From an uncultured Chloroflexia bacterium (GTDB lineage: Bacteria > Chloroflexota > Ktedonobacteria > Ktedonobacterales > Ktedonobacteraceae), in the NCBI GenBank assembly GCA_963775585.1, contig CAVZJN010000024.1:1-40631 (forward strand): a stretch of 40,631 bases of DNA. Direction: 5' to 3'. Position numbers and translations under genes: made by a program. Shown here one piece after another: positions 36,595 through 40,631 of this stretch (positions are counted from its first letter, which is position 1; every line of letters starts with the position of its first letter). The notes below the pieces were generated by a model. It saw nothing but the letters and a program-made list of their open reading frames with translations, did no database searches and was not told where the DNA came from.

Positions 36595-37833
36595 ATGTCT
36601 CGTGTAGTTGTAACTGGCTTAGGATTAGTTACCTCGATGGGTAATGATCTGGCTTCGTCGTGGGAGGCTCTCTGCCAGGGAAAATCCGGCGTTGCAGAGA
36701 CCACAGGCTATGATAACAGCCGGTTCCGTGTTCGCTTCGGCGCTCAGGTCAAAGGTTTTGATCCTCTCCTTTATATGGATCGCAAAGAAGTACGTCGCAA
36801 TGACCCCTATGAGCAAATTGCCATCGCCACTGCGAAACAGGCGCTTGCCCACTCAGGCTTACAAATCAGCGATGAGAATGCCGATGATATTGGCGTATAT
36901 ATCGGCAGCGGTATTGGTGGGCTGGTGACACTACATGATCAATTCCAGGTTCTCTTTGAAAAAGGCCCCGAACGTATTAGCCCATTCTTCATCAATATGA
37001 TGATCATCGATGGCGCCCCCGGCATTGTTTCCATCATGACCGGGGCCAGAGGTCCAAACTGGGCCGCCGTCTCCGCTTGCGCCACTAGCGCCAATACCAT
37101 TGGAGAAGCCTGGGAAACCATCCGTCGCGGTGATGCAAAAGCCATGATTGCTGGTGGTGCGGAGCGCGGCATTACCCCTATTGCCATGGCCGCCTTCGAC
37201 AATATGCACGCCCTCTCACGCCGCAATGACGACCCTCAGGGAGCCAGTCGTCCCTTCGATGCTACACGCGACGGCTTTGTGATGGGAGAAGGCTCCGGCA
37301 TTTTGATCCTGGAAGACCTGGATTTCGCCAAAGCTAGAGGAGCTACTATCCTGGCGGAATTGGTGGGCTATGCTTCAACGGGTGATGCACATCACATCAC
37401 CGAACCTGCCCCTGGCGGCACAGGCCTGGTACGCGCGATGCGCCGCGCCTTGGAAAAAGCGAACTTGCGTCCCGACCAGGTGGACTATATCAATGCTCAC
37501 GGCACATCAACCCCGTTCAATGATCGGACTGAAACGCAGGCCATCAAGACCTGTTTCGGCGATCATGCCTATCGCCTGGCGATCAGCTCCACTAAGTCGA
37601 TGACCGGCCACACCCTGGGAGCGGCTGGCGCTGTGGAAGCGGTCATTTCCATCATGGCTATTCAAACAGGTATCATTCCTCCCACCATTAACCTGCACTA
37701 CCCTGATCCCGACTGCGATCTGGACTATGTACCAAATAAGGCGCGTCAAAGCACGGTCAACGTCGCTATGTCCAACTCGATGGGTTTCGGTGGCCACAAT
37801 GCTTGTTTGATTTTTAAGCGCTACGAAGAGTAA
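36595..37833 (+). CDS. fabF: 3-oxoacyl-[acyl-carrier-protein] synthase II
   Basis: VVVTGLGLVTSMG... Active-site Cys (ACATSAN) and His-His motifs. 412 aa. Confidence 0.9.
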   Translation: MSRVVVTGLGLVTSMGNDLASSWEALCQGKSGVAETTGYDNSRFRVRFGAQVKGFDPLLYMDRKEVRRNDPYEQIAIATAKQALAHSGLQISDENADDIGVYIGSGIGGLVTLHDQFQVLFEKGPERISPFFINMMIIDGAPGIVSIMTGARGPNWAAVSACATSANTIGEAWETIRRGDAKAMIAGGAERGITPIAMAAFDNMHALSRRNDDPQGASRPFDATRDGFVMGEGSGILILEDLDFAKARGATILAELVGYASTGDAHHITEPAPGGTGLVRAMRRALEKANLRPDQVDYINAHGTSTPFNDRTETQAIKTCFGDHAYRLAISSTKSMTGHTLGAAGAVEAVISIMAIQTGIIPPTINLHYPDPDCDLDYVPNKARQSTVNVAMSNSMGFGGHNACLIFKRYEE

Positions 37834-37838
37834 AAAAG

Positions 37839-38315
37839 ATGGATACACACGAGCAGAAGGTGTCGTCATGGATCAAGCGAGTTGAAGACTTGATAAACAT
37901 GCTCGAAGGGAGTACCATTGGCGAACTAGAACTGACCGAGGGAGGCACCGAGATCATCATCCGCCGGCAACCCCGGATGGTGATGGTTTCAACTCCTGCT
38001 CAATTGAGCAATCCGGGCCAGGGGGGCACGCAACTTCCTCCTGGCACTCCTGCCCACCCCGTGAAAACTGATACCAGCGTCGCTATCATTGCCCCGCTCA
38101 CGGGCGTCTACTATTCCTCTCCTTCGCCCTCCTCCCCACCCTTTGTCTCTATTGGTGACACGGTGCAGATCGGCCAGGTAATCGCGCTGGTAGAGGCAAT
38201 GAAGGTGTTCAATGAGATTCAAGCAGAAGTATCAGGCCTTGTCAGCGCGCTTGTCGCCACCAATGGTGAGGTGGTGCAGAGGGGTGATACGCTCATTCGA
38301 ATCCAGCCTCTGTAA
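37839..38315 (+). CDS. accB: acetyl-CoA carboxylase biotin carboxyl carrier protein
   Basis: C-terminal biotinyl domain with the EAMKVFNEI (AMK) biotinylation motif. 158 aa. Confidence 0.85.
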   Translation: MDTHEQKVSSWIKRVEDLINMLEGSTIGELELTEGGTEIIIRRQPRMVMVSTPAQLSNPGQGGTQLPPGTPAHPVKTDTSVAIIAPLTGVYYSSPSPSSPPFVSIGDTVQIGQVIALVEAMKVFNEIQAEVSGLVSALVATNGEVVQRGDTLIRIQPL

Positions 38316-38332
38316 TCGTATGGGAAAATTTC

Positions 38333-39244
38333 ATGCACATTCTCATTATCCGTCCCGGGGCCATCGGCGACACCCTGCTCACATTTCCCATTATACAGGC
38401 TATAAGAAACCAATATAGCAACCCTCATATCGCCCTGGTCGGCAATCCCGCCGTCCTGCCTCTCGCCCTGGCCTCTGACCTCGTGGACAAAACCTCCGAT
38501 TACGGACAACTCCAGTGGAGCGGCCTCTTCTCAACAAATAACACGTTCTCACCCGCCATGCTCAGTCAGCTCCAACATACCGATCTTGTCATCTGCTGGC
38601 TGCGCGACCCCGAAAGCGTGGTAGAGCGAAACCTGCGCCTGGCCGGTGTCAAAAAAGTAATTATCGCCGCTGGCCGCCCACCAGAAGGCGAGGCAATACA
38701 CATTGTTCAATACCTGGCGCAAACCATCGAACTACAACATGTCGAGATGCCCTATACACTCTCCCTCAAACCTGCTGAACAAACCACAGGAGAGACTGAT
38801 AACCGGCGCATAGTCATTCATCCTGGGAGTGGGAGCGTACAGAAATGTTGGCCCGTTCCCTTCTTCGCCGCCCTCATCGAACAGCTCTGGCAGCGTAACC
38901 ACCCTGTTCTTCTACTCGCAGGCCCTGCCGATCACCAGCGCGTCAAAGATATTCAGCGCCTGCTCTCACCTCAACCGCAGCCGGGTCTGCTCTCCACTCT
39001 TATAGATATGCCGTTGATAGATGTTGCACAGCATTTGCTACAGTGTTGGTGTTACATCGGCAATGACTCCGGCATCACGCACCTGGCGGCCATGCTCAAT
39101 GTACCTACCGTCGCCCTCTTTGGGCCAACCGACCCCAACACGTGGGGGCCAGTTGGACCTGCTGTAACCATCATCCAGGAGTACCAATTGAAGAACTTAT
39201 CTGTACAAACCGTCCTGAACTGCATCTTGCACCGTTTTCCGTAA
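38333..39244 (+). CDS. glycosyltransferase family 9 (heptosyltransferase-like)
   Basis: MHILIIRPGAIGDTLLTFP... and the C-terminal IGNDSGITHLAAMLNVPTVALFGPTDP motif. Confidence 0.8.
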   Translation: MHILIIRPGAIGDTLLTFPIIQAIRNQYSNPHIALVGNPAVLPLALASDLVDKTSDYGQLQWSGLFSTNNTFSPAMLSQLQHTDLVICWLRDPESVVERNLRLAGVKKVIIAAGRPPEGEAIHIVQYLAQTIELQHVEMPYTLSLKPAEQTTGETDNRRIVIHPGSGSVQKCWPVPFFAALIEQLWQRNHPVLLLAGPADHQRVKDIQRLLSPQPQPGLLSTLIDMPLIDVAQHLLQCWCYIGNDSGITHLAAMLNVPTVALFGPTDPNTWGPVGPAVTIIQEYQLKNLSVQTVLNCILHRFP

Positions 39245-39402
39245 TGGGCAGAAGGGAATGTGACGTTATAACACAGTAATTCAAAAGCAAATATAGCCCT
39301 TCTGGTATACATGACTGTACACACCGTAAAAGAAAGTGTACACTGAACAGTATTGGAACAGATCAGCGAAACAATGGAGAAGAGGAGGAGCATGTCACCC
39401 GG

Positions 39403-40254
39403 ATGATTAATCAGCCTGAAACACAGGGAAAGCAACCTGAACAGGGAAACTTAGTACTGCCGGCTTATCCCCGGCAAGTGCCGCCAGTCTACCCTGACCC
39501 TGAAAATCATGTAGCAAGTAATAACACTGGTAACTTGCCTTACCAACCGATTCGCCCTGATCAGCTTATTCGTCGCACGACAACGCCCCCTCCCCAAAAC
39601 CTTCTTGCCAGGCTACTCTATTTCTGGAAAAAAGATCCCGCATACAAAGTACTGATGATCGCGGTGGTTCTGATCTTTATCTCAAGCTTATTATTTGTCT
39701 CACTGATTGGTAACGCACTGTTTCGCAACCCAAATTTCTTGACTATAGGCAATAACTTTTCGCCGAATCCTCCCACACCGGTAGTGCCTACCGGAACGGT
39801 TGATCTCCGCCCGACATTTCCACCACCCAGTGGTGGCAACGGCAGCACTTCCAGCAGTCAGCCTCCGGCGCAAGGGACTCCTGCGCTGCAATCAACCCCC
39901 GACGCTAATCCCAGTCCAACCCCCAATCCCGGTGGAGGAGGTCCATTAACTATCACCGTTACCAATATCCCTACTCAAGTAGTGAATTACAGTGTAGTCA
40001 GTGTGAGTGTCAACACAAGTCTACCAAACATCACTGTCACATTGGGGGTCTATTATAACGTTGCTCCCTACAGGTATGTCTCTGCCCCTGTAACAACCGA
40101 TGGCAATGGCAATGCCGTCCTATCCTGGTCGGTGGCAGTCATTATGAATGGTCGCCATACCCGGGCCTTCGTCTTCGCGGTAGCCCAGAACCAGAACGGC
40201 CAAAAAGCCCAATCCCAGGCGGTAAATGTCCAAATAACAGCCCGCGGCAACTAA
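39403..40254 (+). CDS. hypothetical proline-rich membrane-anchored protein with beta-rich C-terminal domain
   Basis: One TM helix (VLMIAVVLIFISSLLFVSLIG), then a P/T/S-rich linker and a about 100-aa region of alternating hydrophobic residues. Confidence 0.45.
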   Translation: MINQPETQGKQPEQGNLVLPAYPRQVPPVYPDPENHVASNNTGNLPYQPIRPDQLIRRTTTPPPQNLLARLLYFWKKDPAYKVLMIAVVLIFISSLLFVSLIGNALFRNPNFLTIGNNFSPNPPTPVVPTGTVDLRPTFPPPSGGNGSTSSSQPPAQGTPALQSTPDANPSPTPNPGGGGPLTITVTNIPTQVVNYSVVSVSVNTSLPNITVTLGVYYNVAPYRYVSAPVTTDGNGNAVLSWSVAVIMNGRHTRAFVFAVAQNQNGQKAQSQAVNVQITARGN

Positions 40255-40270
40255 TAACATCATCCTCTCT

Positions 40271-40348
40271 GTGTCGAGTGGACGGGTCGCGGTGCACCGC
40301 GACCCGTCCACTCGACACATCATACTTCTTGGCGAGCGACTTGTCGCG
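40271..40348. repeat. composite element, second copy in inverted orientation: perfect 48-nt palindrome (24-bp arms, 40271-40318), 14-nt spacer, motif CGAGCGACTTGTCGCG (40333-40348)
   Basis: The motif is the reverse complement of CGCGACAAGTCGCTCG, 15/16 identical to 1055-1070. The palindrome arms are exact reverse complements of each other. Confidence 0.8.
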
Positions 40349-40368
40349 AAACGTGAAATTTATTGCCT

Positions 40369-40402
40369 TTTGTGCGTATAATTTCTTTGTGCGTATAATT
40401 TC
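40369..40402 (+). repeat. perfect 17-nt tandem direct repeat (TTTGTGCGTATAATTTC x2) duplicating a TATAAT -10-like box
   Basis: Read directly. The second TATAAT at 40395-40400 is 18 nt downstream of the TTGTGC of the first unit. It lies about 90 nt upstream of the MoxR-like start. Confidence 0.6.
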
Positions 40403-40490
40403 AAAGTACATGTATCCAAATTTCGTGTCAAAAACCAGGTAGGTTCCCACCCAATATTACAGGTTCCTGAGACCAAGGATTACACCACGC

Positions 40491-40631
40491 ATGACACAAA
40501 CAGATGAAATTCGCCAGGTGCAAGAGGCCGCTCGCTCCATTCGCCAGAACACTGGCCGCGTAATAGCTGGTAAAGAAAAAATCATAGACCTGCTGATGGT
40601 CGCTCTCCTCTGCGCAGGACATCTCCTCTTT
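40491..40631 (+). CDS. MoxR-family AAA+ ATPase, 5' end (truncated by window edge)
   Basis: MTQTDEIRQVQEAARSIRQNTGRVIAGKEKIIDLLMVALLCAGHLLF matches the MoxR N-terminus (...vigqeevie.lliallaggHvLleg). Confidence 0.5.
   Translation, partial: MTQTDEIRQVQEAARSIRQNTGRVIAGKEKIIDLLMVALLCAGHLLF

Overview
This 40.6-kb window is a GC-rich bacterial chromosomal segment dominated by housekeeping genes. The gene content looks Chloroflexi-like, which is an inference only. No CRISPR array, rRNA, tRNA, transposase or integrase gene was recognised.

The core is a complete 14-gene NADH:quinone oxidoreductase operon, nuoA to nuoN, on the plus strand at about 12.2-27.6 kb.

Upstream of it are a tandem CxxC zinc-ribbon gene, tgt, a lipoate-protein ligase family gene, a GlcG/DUF336-like gene translationally coupled to a disordered membrane protein, and a class I-beta DAHP synthase with an N-terminal regulatory domain. 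These are followed by a receiver-ANTAR response regulator, a PSP1/RicT-like gene, an SPFH-like membrane protein, a rhodanese, a HIT-family gene and an HxlR-family regulator divergent from nuoA.

Downstream are egtB-egtD (ergothioneine synthesis core) convergent on nuoN, a secreted GH18-like protein, groES-groEL with a CIRCE operator, and a HAD-IIB (trehalose-phosphatase-like) phosphatase. These are followed by accC-fabF-accB, a GT9 glycosyltransferase, a proline-rich membrane-anchored protein and the 5' end of a MoxR-type ATPase.

The observations I rate highest:
1. A promoter, a 27-codon leader ORF with an aromatic codon run (Tyr-Gly-Phe-Tyr-Tyr-Trp-Phe) and an intrinsic terminator sit immediately upstream of the DAHP synthase gene. 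This is a candidate ribosome-mediated attenuator.
2. A composite element occurs twice, at 1.05 kb and 40.3 kb, in mirror orientation. It has a conserved 16-nt GC mini-hairpin motif next to long, perfect, sequence-unrelated palindromes of 24-25 bp arms.
3. A structured intercistronic RNA motif occurs twice inside the nuo operon, with a conserved inner hairpin and a covarying outer stem.
4. nuoJ is split by a +1 frameshift.
5. egtD has no canonical start codon directly after egtB.
6. Several GC-hairpin intergenic repeat families are present.
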